In this document: positions 43,233 through 54,300 of the stretch, in pieces
Layout of the letters: each line of letters starts with the position of its first letter
How positions within the stretch are numbered: the stretch's first letter is position 1
Source: a virus
Taxonomy: Duplodnaviria; Caudoviricetes
Virus record (IMG/VR): IMGVR_UViG_3300035520_000607
Span: 32,001-96,000 of that record
Reading direction: 5' to 3' (one strand)
DNA: 64,000 nucleotides
Notes under the pieces: model-generated
Databases searched by the model: none
What the model was told of the DNA's origin: nothing
What the model saw: the letters and a program-made list of their open reading frames with translations, nothing else
Made by a program: the position numbers and the translations under genes

Positions 43233-43676
43233 TTATTCTTCTATATTTTCCCAATGAAGATCTGCACTTCCGTCATTCATTAGTAAATAAGAAGATGTTT
43301 TTGTATCATAACGATACATATCAGTTCCATCTACATATAATGCAAATGGGTTCCCTATTTCAGGGAAATCTTGTTTGTCTAAGAAAATTAAATTTGACTC
43401 AGACCCTACCTGTAGTTGAGTTCATCTACCATCGAAGTAACTCCATATTATTGCAGTCTCTTTGACATAATAGAAACCTTCAACTGGAGATTTTAAATTT
43501 CTTCTTGTTTCTTCATCTACTACAACTATAATAGATACGTATGGAGTTCTTTTATCTGTATCTAAATAAATGACTCTTTCATCTTGAGAGAAAATTAGTT
43601 GTCCAGATACTATTTCAATATCAGATAATTTATCTTTTGTAGTTGCAATAAATTTTATTTTACTTTTATCTGCCAT
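43233..43676 (-). CDS. fibre adaptor protein (147 aa, code 4)
   Basis: GQLIFSQDERVIYLD anchor-like N-terminus; YFDGRW(TGA)TQL; ends LHWENIEE. Confidence 0.65.
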
Positions 43677-43692
43677 TTTTAAAATCCCCTTT

Positions 43693-44043
43693 CTAAATAA
43701 TTTCTAATGTGTATGAATCTTCAACATTTTCAATAACAGATTGGATAATTTCTTCTTTATCTCCATCTGTAAAATAGTCTATTCCTTTTTTAGGAATATA
43801 TGAAGGAACAATACCAGCATCAATAACCTCTCCATTAGACATAGTGCAAATTAAATGTTGGTTTTCATCAATTATTACTTGTTCAATAGAAATTCCATCT
43901 TCTGGAGTTGGAAAATTCATTGAAATTATTTGTCCATCATTGGTTTTGATTTTTAGAGTTGTATTTTCGACTTCTAGACTAGAAATTCCAGATACGGCTG
44001 CTTCAGCAATTTTTTTACAAAGACTATAAGTTATAACATCCAT
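43693..44043 (-). CDS. hypothetical virion protein
   Basis: DGISI..HLICTMSNG..IDAG..PKKGIDYFT, fibre-associated pattern. Confidence 0.6.
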   Translation of the reverse strand: MDVITYSLCKKIAEAAVSGISSLEVENTTLKIKTNDGQIISMNFPTPEDGISIEQVIIDENQHLICTMSNGEVIDAGIVPSYIPKKGIDYFTDGDKEEIIQSVIENVEDSYTLEII

Positions 44044-44078
44044 ATTATTATATCCTTCCTATTGTATTTAAATTACTT

Positions 44079-44261
44079 TTATTGAGCAATCCACTTATAT
44101 TGAGAATTTAGGATATAGACTGTACCTGTAGCAATTACATATGCCACACTACCTGGACATAGTGTTTTCGTGTCAATAGTAGATAATTCATCTTCAGTAT
44201 CAAGATAAATTTCTTTGTAATTATAATCTACTCTGCTGCCTTGTTTTACTGTATAAGTCAT
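44079..44261 (-). CDS. small virion protein
   Basis: GGAGG RBS; PGSVAYVIATGTVYILNSQYKW. Confidence 0.6.
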   Translation of the reverse strand: MTYTVKQGSRVDYNYKEIYLDTEDELSTIDTKTLCPGSVAYVIATGTVYILNSQYKWIAQ

Positions 44262-44350
44262 ATATAAACTCCTCCTTCTAAAACTATATCAAAAATTGCG
44301 GCAGATACTTTATATATCTCTATCCAATTTTTAATAAAGATTTTTAATTA

Positions 44351-44400
44351 TAACTGTGCGGCGTTCGCTATCCGATCTTTAACCGACAACCGCGCAGTTA
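44351..44400 (+). repeat. structured intergenic element, copy 2 (internally shortened)
   Basis: TAACTGTGCGG...TATCCGATCTTT...CGACAACCGCGCAGTTA; abuts stop codon at 44401. Confidence 0.6.
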
Positions 44401-46965
44401 TTAAGCTATCTTCTTTACTTGAAGATATGTATACATTTCTCCACCTCGAATACTACATCAAGTACTATCTGGGCAAAGAACTGCTAATTTTATGACATCA
44501 TCCTTTGAAACTTTGATTATTTTTGGAGGACATGCTACTGCTATCATATCTCCTGCACAAACTGTATAAAAAGCAGAAACAGCTTCATCATTGCGCATTA
44601 TATATGCGAAGAATGATTCTCCTTGATTAAAACCAATTCCCTGTAAAAGACCAGAGCATTCAATAGTACTAACATCACTTCCAATTACTATTCCTGAATT
44701 CGATAATTTAAAATCGTCACCATTTTTTAAAACTTCAGTATCCATAGGAATAATGTCTGCTGAATCTGTCGATTGAGGACTAATACCGCTACTAGAAGTA
44801 GCTATCATATAGCTTGGGTCATTACTACCAGTTAAGTCTGAACTAGTAATATACCCACTATCATTTGTTAATTCACTTGTTTTAGTTGGAACTGTGATAT
44901 TAGCAGTAACACTACCAGATCCATTGAATGTTTTAACATTCGTTCCATTTTTTTGAATAGTTAGAGTACCTGCCGTTTCAGATGCTTTTATTGCTGTTCC
45001 TTCAAGGTCTCCCGTTAATTTACCATCAGTTCTAAAATAATAATTTGTTCCATTGTAATAAACAAAATATGTACCAGCTGGTAGCGTATAATTGGAACTT
45101 GATGAAGCTGATCCATTTATATAAATAGGCTTTGCACCTTTTCCATTAATATTTAAAGTTAATGCACTTGCTGAAGTATTAGCCGTAGTTAATAACACTT
45201 GTAGATGAGATTTAGACAATAAAGAATAATTTGTACACATACCTATTTTTGCGGCAGTTGCTGCAGCTGTATTACAATATACAGAAGGTATAATGTTAGT
45301 ATCTCTATCATATCCATCAGATATTCATACCCAATAAGTACCATCATATACGTATATAGAAGTCCTATCTGCTAATCCGCAATATTGACTACCATTTCCT
45401 GTATAAACACTTGTATTTGCATAAATACTCTTAGCGCCAGTATTCCCTACATTTAGAGTACACGATGATGCTGTATTTGAGACCGTGAATCTTATAATAG
45501 CTATTGCACCTTTTTGAAGTGTAAAATTACTATTCCCATCAATAGTTGCTACTTTCGCCGATGTTCCTGCCGCTGTGCTACATGTGCAATATGCTATATT
45601 AGTATAATCTAATTTTGATTTATCAGTTGAAGCCATAAAACCGGCTGTTGATTCAGTTGCACTAGAATGTGAATGAGTTGAAGCAGCTTTTTCTGTGTTT
45701 AGTGTGTTATAAGCGTTATAAAGAGCATTTTGAGATGCTCCTAGACCATTAGCTGCAGCTCCGCTTGATACTGAAGAAGTATATGTGTCACTTAATTTAA
45801 TATGACCATAATTACTAGCAGTACCAATACCATAAGTTGTAGCAGATGAAGCATGGGAAATTGGTGCATAACTATGAGTGTGCGAAGTCGCAGCCGCTCC
45901 TATTTCATCTAATGTCCAAGAGACATTCTCAGAACCATCAAAAGTTTTTCCTGTACTACCTATTGTAACAGTTCTCGCTGTTGCTAATTTAGTTGCAGTA
46001 GCTGATTTTCCGCTAGAGGTAATGTATCCGCTATCATTAGTAAATGAAGATAGCTCAGTTGGAGTCCCACTTAAATCTGAATATTTTCCAGTCTTAGCAA
46101 CAGTAGCTAAATCTCCATTTTTAACATAGTCAGATAAATCAACTTTAGTTGTCCCAATTAATTCTCATTTTCCAGAAACATAGATATATTCATCATAAAT
46201 ATTATTTGTTTCTTCCGTTTCTTTAGGTAATAAATAAAAAGTTGATGCACTAATATCTGATGTAGGTAAATTATCAACTACTTGAATATCCAATGAGGAA
46301 ATTCCATTTACCATATTATTAATTTCGCTTTTTGTATACACATTTGTTTTTGTGTAATAATTAGTTAAGTTATCAACAGTAGAAGTTATGAAACTACTAT
46401 CGTTACTTAATTCAGATACCTTTGTAGGTACTGTGACATTTGCGGTGATATCTTCTGAACCATTAAATGTTTTAATATTTGAACCATTCTTTTGAATAGT
46501 TAACGTTCCAGAAGTCTTTTTAGCGGTTGCCGCAGTTCCGCTTGTTGTGATGTATCCGCTATCATTATTGAAGCTAGATACGTTTGTAGGTTTTCCAGAT
46601 AAATCGTCATATTTACCAGTTTTTGCTACAGTAGCTAAATCCGCATCATTCGCTTTATTTGCAATAGTATCAGCATAATTATCATATGTAGATACTTTAG
46701 TTGCGGTAATGCCACTATTTGTTGCAGCTATTTGGTTAGTTGATAAAGCACTCTGTTTATTATTCCAGTTAGTAATATCATTTTCTGAAATAGCTTTTAC
46801 ATGTGATGGTACAGTGGGATCAGTCTCTATACCGGTCTTAACTCTTGTATTTCCGTTGTCAAAATAAATCTGGGCAGAATCAGTTGTAATAATAAATTGG
46901 CCATCTTTTATAGGTAAATCATTTAGTTTGTTACTAGAAACCCTATAAGGTTTAAACATTGCCAT
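44401..46965 (-). CDS. long tail fibre protein (854 aa, code 4)
   Basis: Shared anchor N-terminus; repeats LATVAKTGKYxDL, NDSGYIT, TLTIQKNG; YDEYIYVSGKW(TGA)ELIGTTKVDLSDY. Confidence 0.8.
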
Positions 46966-47056
46966 TTTATATTCTTCCTTTCTCTAAATCTATATCAAAT
47001 CAGGTTCAGATGTCTTTTCTAGACTTGCCCAAAAAAAAGAATGCGGGAATCCGCAT

Positions 47057-47296
47057 TTATCTTTTCTTAACTAACTCTTTACGATATTCGTTGCCAATTT
47101 CAACATCAATATCATCGCATAGCTCTTGTAAATCGTCTCTAAGTTGTTTTAACATTTGTATCTTATCTTCTATCAAATAAACTTCATCAATATTCACTTG
47201 ATAAGACTTATAAACTTCTGGTGTTACTTCTTGAGTTATACCATCTTCTTTTATTTCTGTTTTTTGATACATGCTGTCTTTTATAATTGCTTGCAT
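47057..47296 (-). CDS. hypothetical protein
   Basis: 79 aa ORF followed by AATGCGG/CCGCATT terminator. Confidence 0.55.
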   Translation of the reverse strand: MQAIIKDSMYQKTEIKEDGITQEVTPEVYKSYQVNIDEVYLIEDKIQMLKQLRDDLQELCDDIDVEIGNEYRKELVKKR

Positions 47297-47313
47297 TCTA
47301 ATTACCCTTTTCT

Positions 47314-47375
47314 ATCGCGGGAAGCCGGTATCCGATCTTTTCCCAAGATCTAAGATCTCTAATCGGCAGCCGCGC
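47314..47375 (+). repeat. structured intergenic element, copy 3
   Basis: CGCGGGAAGCCGGTATCCGATCTT...TAAGATC...ATCGGCAGCCGCG; abuts stop codon at 47376. Confidence 0.7.
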
Positions 47376-47789
47376 CTAAGCTTCTCCTCATTCCATTAAT
47401 TCTTTAACTTCTTCAGCAGTATAATAATCTTTAGCGTCTTCTAAATCACTAACTTTGCTAGGTATTTCCGCCTTAGTGCAGTATTCTTCCGCATCATCTA
47501 AATCAGTAACCTTACTAGGAATAGTAGGAGTATTTATTAATTCATTATAATCTGTAGTTCCAGCAGGACCTTTAATATTTTTAGTTTCTGGATTTGGTCT
47601 ATCTTGATCATTAGTCCAACTAATATTACCTTCATCATCTACATTAGGAATAAAAGTTGCGCCATCTGCGCCAAGGTTTTGAACCATTGCCCCACCATTA
47701 ATTGCGATAGTTGGTGCTATTTCCGCATTTGTAGAATTATTAGGGGATAATGAACCAGATAAATTATTTTTTGTATTAAGAGATGCCAT
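47376..47789 (-). CDS. short fibre/collar protein (code 4)
   Basis: GATFIPNVDDEGNISWTN, KGPAG, IPSKVxDL repeats; ends LMEW(TGA)GEA*. Confidence 0.65.
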
Positions 47790-47791
47790 TA

Positions 47792-48142
47792 TTAATCAAT
47801 ACCTCCTGGATATAGATAAAATATTTTAGCTCCTGTTAATTCATCATAACAGAAAGGAGTTTGGTCTCCATTTAATTTTATTTCATACCAATAAGTTATT
47901 ACTTCATTTGAAGGATCTCCTAATGTAGTATCCGCAGAAAGTAATTCAATTGAGACTGAATCTGAAGCTTCTTTTACATTAAATTCTTTTTTTAATACAG
48001 GTGAATTATCTAATCCTTCTTCTTCATATATTTTAAATTCAATAGTATCTCCTGCTTTAAAAGTATAATCATCTAATGTTAAATCAAAGCTACCTCTATC
48101 TCCGCGAGTAACATAAAAAGTGCTATTTTTTAATTTAAACAT
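47792..48142 (-). CDS. BppU-like baseplate/fibre attachment protein
   Basis: TRGDRGSF...L..ADT..YWYEIKL pattern. Confidence 0.55.
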   Translation of the reverse strand: MFKLKNSTFYVTRGDRGSFDLTLDDYTFKAGDTIEFKIYEEEGLDNSPVLKKEFNVKEASDSVSIELLSADTTLGDPSNEVITYWYEIKLNGDQTPFCYDELTGAKIFYLYPGGID

Positions 48143-48205
48143 ATCACATTTCCTCCAATCTATTTATTATTAAAAAGTTGGGCAGACTTATTAATATTAT
48201 CTGCC

Positions 48206-48736
48206 CTACTCTATTTCTTCAGTAGATTTTTCTTCTGTTTCTCCACGAAGTATTCTAATTTGAACTCTATAACTCTCTCTTAAATTTTTCCAAGATTCAT
48301 ATTCTTCGTCTGTATAATATCCTTCAATATATTTTAAAGTATGATAATCAGATTCTGCTAATAAATTTTGATAGTATTTAATTTGTTCTTGTTTTTCTTC
48401 TTCTTGTTTTTGCTTTTCTATTTCCGCAAGTTCTTCTGCAGAATATTCATACAATCCTAATTCTTTAAGTTCATCATCAGTATAAGGGACATAAATATTA
48501 ACTGTTTCAGTTTCTTCATGTGCAGGAGAATATTCAACTTTAGGGGTATCTATTACCCATTCAACATCTTTTCCGCCATTTTGATATTCCGCAATAACTT
48601 CATAATGTCCTACTTCTTCTACTGCTTGAACTTCTTCTTTAAAAATCGTTTTTTGTGTTTCAACTAAATGACCTTTATTTAAATCTAACTCTTCCTCTTT
48701 TAATTCTTGAGTAAGATCTTCGTTATATATTTTCAT
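48206..48736 (-). CDS. putative tail fibre assembly chaperone
   Basis: LAESDY..LKYIEG...R...R..I; directly follows a fibre gene. Confidence 0.55.
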   Translation of the reverse strand: MKIYNEDLTQELKEEELDLNKGHLVETQKTIFKEEVQAVEEVGHYEVIAEYQNGGKDVEWVIDTPKVEYSPAHEETETVNIYVPYTDDELKELGLYEYSAEELAEIEKQKQEEEKQEQIKYYQNLLAESDYHTLKYIEGYYTDEEYESWKNLRESYRVQIRILRGETEEKSTEEIE

Positions 48737-48750
48737 ATTTTATTCCTCCT

Positions 48751-51351
48751 TTATGCTGTTCTTTTCCAAACATACATTGTGTAATATGGTGGCTCAATGC
48801 TGTGCGTATGACTTCCTAATCCATGTCTATGACCTTCTGAAGCATTCTTAGCTTCATTATTACTAATCGAAACACCAACAGATCCTTCAATACTAACTTT
48901 ATCTGGCTTATGAGAATAACTTGAAGTTGAGAAACCATTTCCCCAAGTGTCTGAATATGCGTTTTGTGTAACACTAGTATTAGTTCCTGCTGCCACACTT
49001 TGGGTATTTGATGTAGTGCCATGTCTAATATAGAAATTCGCCTCAAAAGACCCTGATGCGCCATGGTTATGCGCAGGTAAGCCAGATTGAGCGGCTGACA
49101 ATGTTGTATAGTCAGTATTTCCTGATGCGGCTCCAGATGTTGAACTACCACCAGTTGTGCCACCAGATGTTCCAGCATATAAATAATATCCGCTAATTTG
49201 AGTTCAAGATCCTCCAAACATACTAGCTGGGCTAGTACTCTCTACGGACATATATATACTTCCAACTGGATATGCCATTAACGCTCCCCCATCAGTAGAT
49301 GTAACAGTTGCAGTAGGTTCTGTCGTTTCAGGTATATTATTATTATCAAAATATGTAATTGGATAATAATTATTAGTAAATCCACCATCTATATCTGTAT
49401 GATATAATTCATAAAAAGACAATCTTCCTCATTGTCTTTGACTTCTTTTAACATACATTGTTCAAGTCATTCCGGTAATTGAAATTCTTATCATATCTCT
49501 AGTTATATAAGTACAATCGCGTCTTGCTAATCATGAACAAGACCAACAACTAACGGTCGTATTGTGACATCTCATAACTATTTCAAGAATGCCAGTACCG
49601 CCAATACCAGATGGGTGATTTTCTTTAACTAGATAAACTAAAGATATATTGCCATATCCCCCCATAGTAGACTCAGCCACTTTATATCATCCCGCAGTAT
49701 CAGCTGTATCTGAACCTACATTAGCAACATTTTGATAATGAAATTGTCCACCTGGAACATATAATCCTTTACCTGTAGGATAGCTATTAATACCTACACC
49801 TTCAGTTGAGGTATCAAGGAAAACAATAGGTTGTCCAATTGATACTGTAGCAGAAACAGCTTTACTTTCATTACCAATAGCATCTACAACTTTTAAGTAA
49901 TAAGTTTGAGATTTATCTATATCAAGAGTAGTTTCAACAGTACGAGTGCTACTATCAAGCTCAGTTCATTCTCCATCAGATCCAACTTTCCAATAATATG
50001 CGGAAATACTATTATAATTATCTAAAGAAGTATAACTTGCATTGCCAGTAATCTTAACTTCCTCTCCATAGCCATCAGTACGTACAGCACTAATTATAGC
50101 CGTAGGACTCGAATAACCTATACAAGAAATAGTAACTGTTGCAGTTGCAGTAAAACCACGACTATCTTTTACGGTTATTGTTCCCGCAGTTGATGTTGTA
50201 TAACTAAAAGTCATATCACTTTGGAAAGATGTCTCTGTTGATGTGACACTTTGACTTTTACCTCCAAAAGTAAAAGTTGTACTTGAAATTGTAGCTCCTT
50301 GAGAAGGGGTTCCAATATCTCCGCTACTATAAATTTTTAAATAGCTATAACCTTGAACTAATTTTTTTAATCCGCTTAATATATCTTTATTATGATAGAT
50401 ATTGTATTTAAAATTAGAAGATGTTATTTTTGGACCTGCATAAGATGAACTACCATAAACTGTTGCGGTTCCTGAAGCATTTAATCCTGTTGCGGTTGCT
50501 GTATACGTGATGCTTTTGCTAGATGCTGTAGTCATTTGAGCATAACCGCTTGAGCTACTAAAGCTTAAAGTTGCACTTGTTCCTGTCGTAGTTCCGCTAG
50601 CAGAGTAATTCCCAAAAGTAAATTTGTAAGTGATAGATCTGCTTAATGGGTTATAAAATTTAAAAGTTAATGTTTTAGTCGCGGCATCCATGGTAAAGTT
50701 ACCTGGCCACGAATTTACATATGGATATGAATAAGTAGTACAGCTCGAAGTGCTCGAATCTGTAGTTAATTGACTTGCTGTACTTCTTACTCTTATTTTA
50801 CAATTATAACTGGTTCCCGCACTTAGTCCAGAGGATATTGTATACACTCCTGATGTAGTATTATTAACAGACCCTCTTGCTGTCCATGAGGCTCCATTGT
50901 CTAATGAATACCATAAATAATCAATAGGACCAGAAACTTCCCAGTTAATTGTTATACCAAGTTCTCCATTTGCAGTTGTTGTAAAACTATTAATAGTGAC
51001 ATAACTAGCGACTGTAACTGTTGCACTTCCGCTTGAAGTTTTTCCTGACAATGTGGTATTACTAGGTCCAGTAATACTACCTGAGACAGTGACATTGCTA
51101 GTACAAGTAGCGGAAGCTGAAGCCATTAAGACCCAGTCTTGCGCTACATATATCTGAGTAGATGAATTAATATTAACTTGAGTACTTCCTATTTTAACAT
51201 ACCCGCTCCATTTACCACTTGTTGTACCAGTTGTTGTACTTTTTTTCTTAGCATATAATTTTGCGGTTACCGTAGTTCCGCTAACTGTTCAATCAATTTT
51301 TCCTTCCAAATTACCACTTGTTGAAAGTGTTATCGTTCCACTTGTTGCCAT
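48751..51351 (-). CDS. tail fibre/receptor-binding protein (866 aa, code 4) with FN3-like domain and YPVGSIY...WKRTA C-terminus
   Basis: Seven TGA join fragments in one frame from ATG 51351; Ser/Thr-rich beta domains, GLSAGTSYNCKIRVR. Confidence 0.8.
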
Positions 51352-51367
51352 TTAATCCTTTTTCCTC

Positions 51368-54300
51368 CTAACCTTTATGAACAAAAGCAATACCATTATG
51401 AGATCCTGATACTGCTTTAATTTCAACATTACCAATTACAAAAGAAGTAGATGCTGAACCTTTATCCATTGCAAATGTATCATCTTGAACTTCATAAATC
51501 GTTTTTTCGTTTCCTTCTACATCTCTTCTATAACCTTTGATTCCTTCTTCTCTTGTTATTTCTGTATGACAGAAGCCTTGTTCATTATAGAATTTTGTTC
51601 CTATTGGAACTGTTATCGTTTCTTTAAAAATTCTTTCTCCAGTTTTTTCATCATACGCATAGACATCTACGTCCGTATCCTCTGGAGCTATAGATACCAT
51701 TATAATATCATTTCTATCTCTTAATATAAAAGTACCTGTATTTTGAGTATCTTCATAGTTTGCACCTATTACAATGCTATTGTTTGTTAATAAATCTGTT
51801 TGTAAATGTTGTGCAGTAATGTATTGTCCTGCGATAGTCCCTCCAATACTCCATGCTGTAGTATCTTTACCATTAACTCTAAATGAAATACCATTGGCAT
51901 TAATAACCATTTGTTGAGTATTATCATTATTTTTAACAACTATCTCGCCACCATTCATTGTGACAGTACCTTCTCCGCTTGTGAATCCACTTACTAAGTC
52001 ACTTATATCATTTAATGCTGTATTTAAATCAGTAGTGGCTCCTCAATTAGTGTCTATATAAGGAGTACTATATACGGTATCTGTAACTCCTTCATAAATA
52101 GTTGCAGTTCTTACTCATAATGTATACTCAATAGTAGATTTTGAATCCCATTCAGGTTGTTTATTAGCCCATCTAGAGTCATTTTCCGCAGGCTCCTCTT
52201 TACTAGTAGTTTTTAAAAATTGATTATATACTATTTTAACCTTTGGAATTCCTATCCAAGCTGGAGTTACATAAGATGTATCTGCGCCAGATATAACTTT
52301 AGTAGTTTGCCATAAAAAGCCTGAAGATTGAATATTAGTAGATTCTTGCCAATTTACTGTTATATTTCCTACATCACTGTTGCTATTGTCAGGTAATAAA
52401 GGAATAGAAAATAGCGAATCAGTATAACAATATAAATTTTGAATTGTTGTTTTTAAATCGTCACTAGCTGGACTCCAGTCAGTAGTCATATTTCCTCTTT
52501 CAACTTTTATATTGTATATCTTAGCTTTCCAATAAGAAGCTTCTTCTTCACAATTTGGTTGAATAAATAAGTTTAATTCATCTTCATTTATGCTTGATTT
52601 TCTGTTTTCAGTATCATGATAAGTAAATATAAATATAACATTATGAATATCTATTCCGTCATTTAATTCTACAGGAGTGTTGTAATCAAAATACTCTTCT
52701 CCATCTACTGAATATTTAATCAATTCATAAAAATCTTCTGAAGCTTGTCCTCCTATTGTGATAATATTACCATCTAAAACTTCAAGTTTATAAGATAAAG
52801 AATATTGAGAGCCATCTTCAAATATATCATTATTTATTTCTAACCCTTCATTTTTTTCTGCTCCCCAAGAAGTCTCTGTAAAAATGAAATTTTCAAGTCT
52901 ATGAGTACCTTTTTGATATGTTATTGAGCAGTTGATATCTGAACCTTCTTTATCAAAAGAAATATTATTAAATCCTTCGTATGGAATAGTAGTTCCCGCA
53001 GTTAATTGAATCTTTTGTTCTTCATCTAATATATAATATAATACAATAGGATTCCCTAATGCATACTTTTCCATTACAAGTTGTTTAAATTTATCTACAT
53101 CTTCTGAACCATTATTATAATTAATACATAAAGAAGTATCATCAAATTTAATATCTTGATCAGTAAAATAATTACATATTATTTTAGTTCCTGATTTTTC
53201 TTCTATTTCTAATTCTTTCTTTGTTACTTTATATTCGTCAGAATCAAGAGTTCAATTCTCAAATCCATATAAAATAGTTTTACCTATTCTTTGAGTTAAT
53301 ATACCAGAAGTAACATCATATTCATCATAAACATCATCTATTTTACATAATTCATAACTATCTATCAAATAATCATTATCTTTAGTTAAATCAATAGAGA
53401 AATCTTTTCTTTCTCCTTGTTTATTAGTAAAAATTTGGAATAAAGATGTTTTTGTTGCGGAAATGCTTGAATGCTCTTCAACTCCCTTTATTAAATATAA
53501 ACCTGTAAAAGAAATAGTTGTTTCCGCAGTCGTACACTTAAAACCTAAAGTTGTAGTATTAGTTGAATCTCCTCTTACTTGTGTAGACAAAGTATAAACT
53601 TGATTCGCGGAAATAGTAAATACTAAATTTGTTTCACCATCTGCACCGCTAGTAATTTCTATTGTAGTATCTTTATCTGAAATTACATTAAAACCTAAAG
53701 TATAAGTATCTGTTTGATTTATTAAAGAAGGTTTCCAATCAAAGGTTGCCCCTCCCATAGTTTCACTATCTGTTTTAAATTTTAAAGAATCATCAGATAG
53801 ATAAAGAGAATTTTCTACAATATTCTTTTTTTCTGTTTCCGCAGCTTCTGATAGACTAATTAAATTTGTAATACCTTTTACATTTTTAACTTCTTGCGGA
53901 GTGTCAAATGTGATTCCACTCTCTTGCTCTGTATTTCCATAAAGCACATTTTGAATAAGAGCTACACTATCCATATCTTGAACTTCTGTTGTTTCTTTCA
54001 AATTAATATTTTTTTCACTATCTAATGAACTATCTATTTCACTAACTGATAATAAATTTATCCCGCCAATAGAAATATCTCCGCTACTAACTAAAATAGG
54101 AATAGATTGAAAATCTAGTGCTTTTTCTGGGTTAACCTCTTGTCCTGTTAATCCTAAATAAGCTCTTATAATTTTCATTTTTGCGGTAGGCGTTACTTCA
54201 CAATAACTTTCATTAATTTTGCTTTCATATAGAACTTTCCATTCTTCGCCATCTTCGGTATATTCTACTAACCATCTACCTAGATACTCTTCTCCATTGC

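Noticed and set aside
36382-48768. TGA as Gly (code 25) or selenocysteine
   Set aside because: TGA aligns with TGG in a paralog and sits at Trp-type motif positions
36367-49280. Diversity-generating retroelement TR/VR pair in the two WKRTA C-termini
   Set aside because: Copies differ at all base types and in length, both are coding, and no reverse transcriptase is in the window
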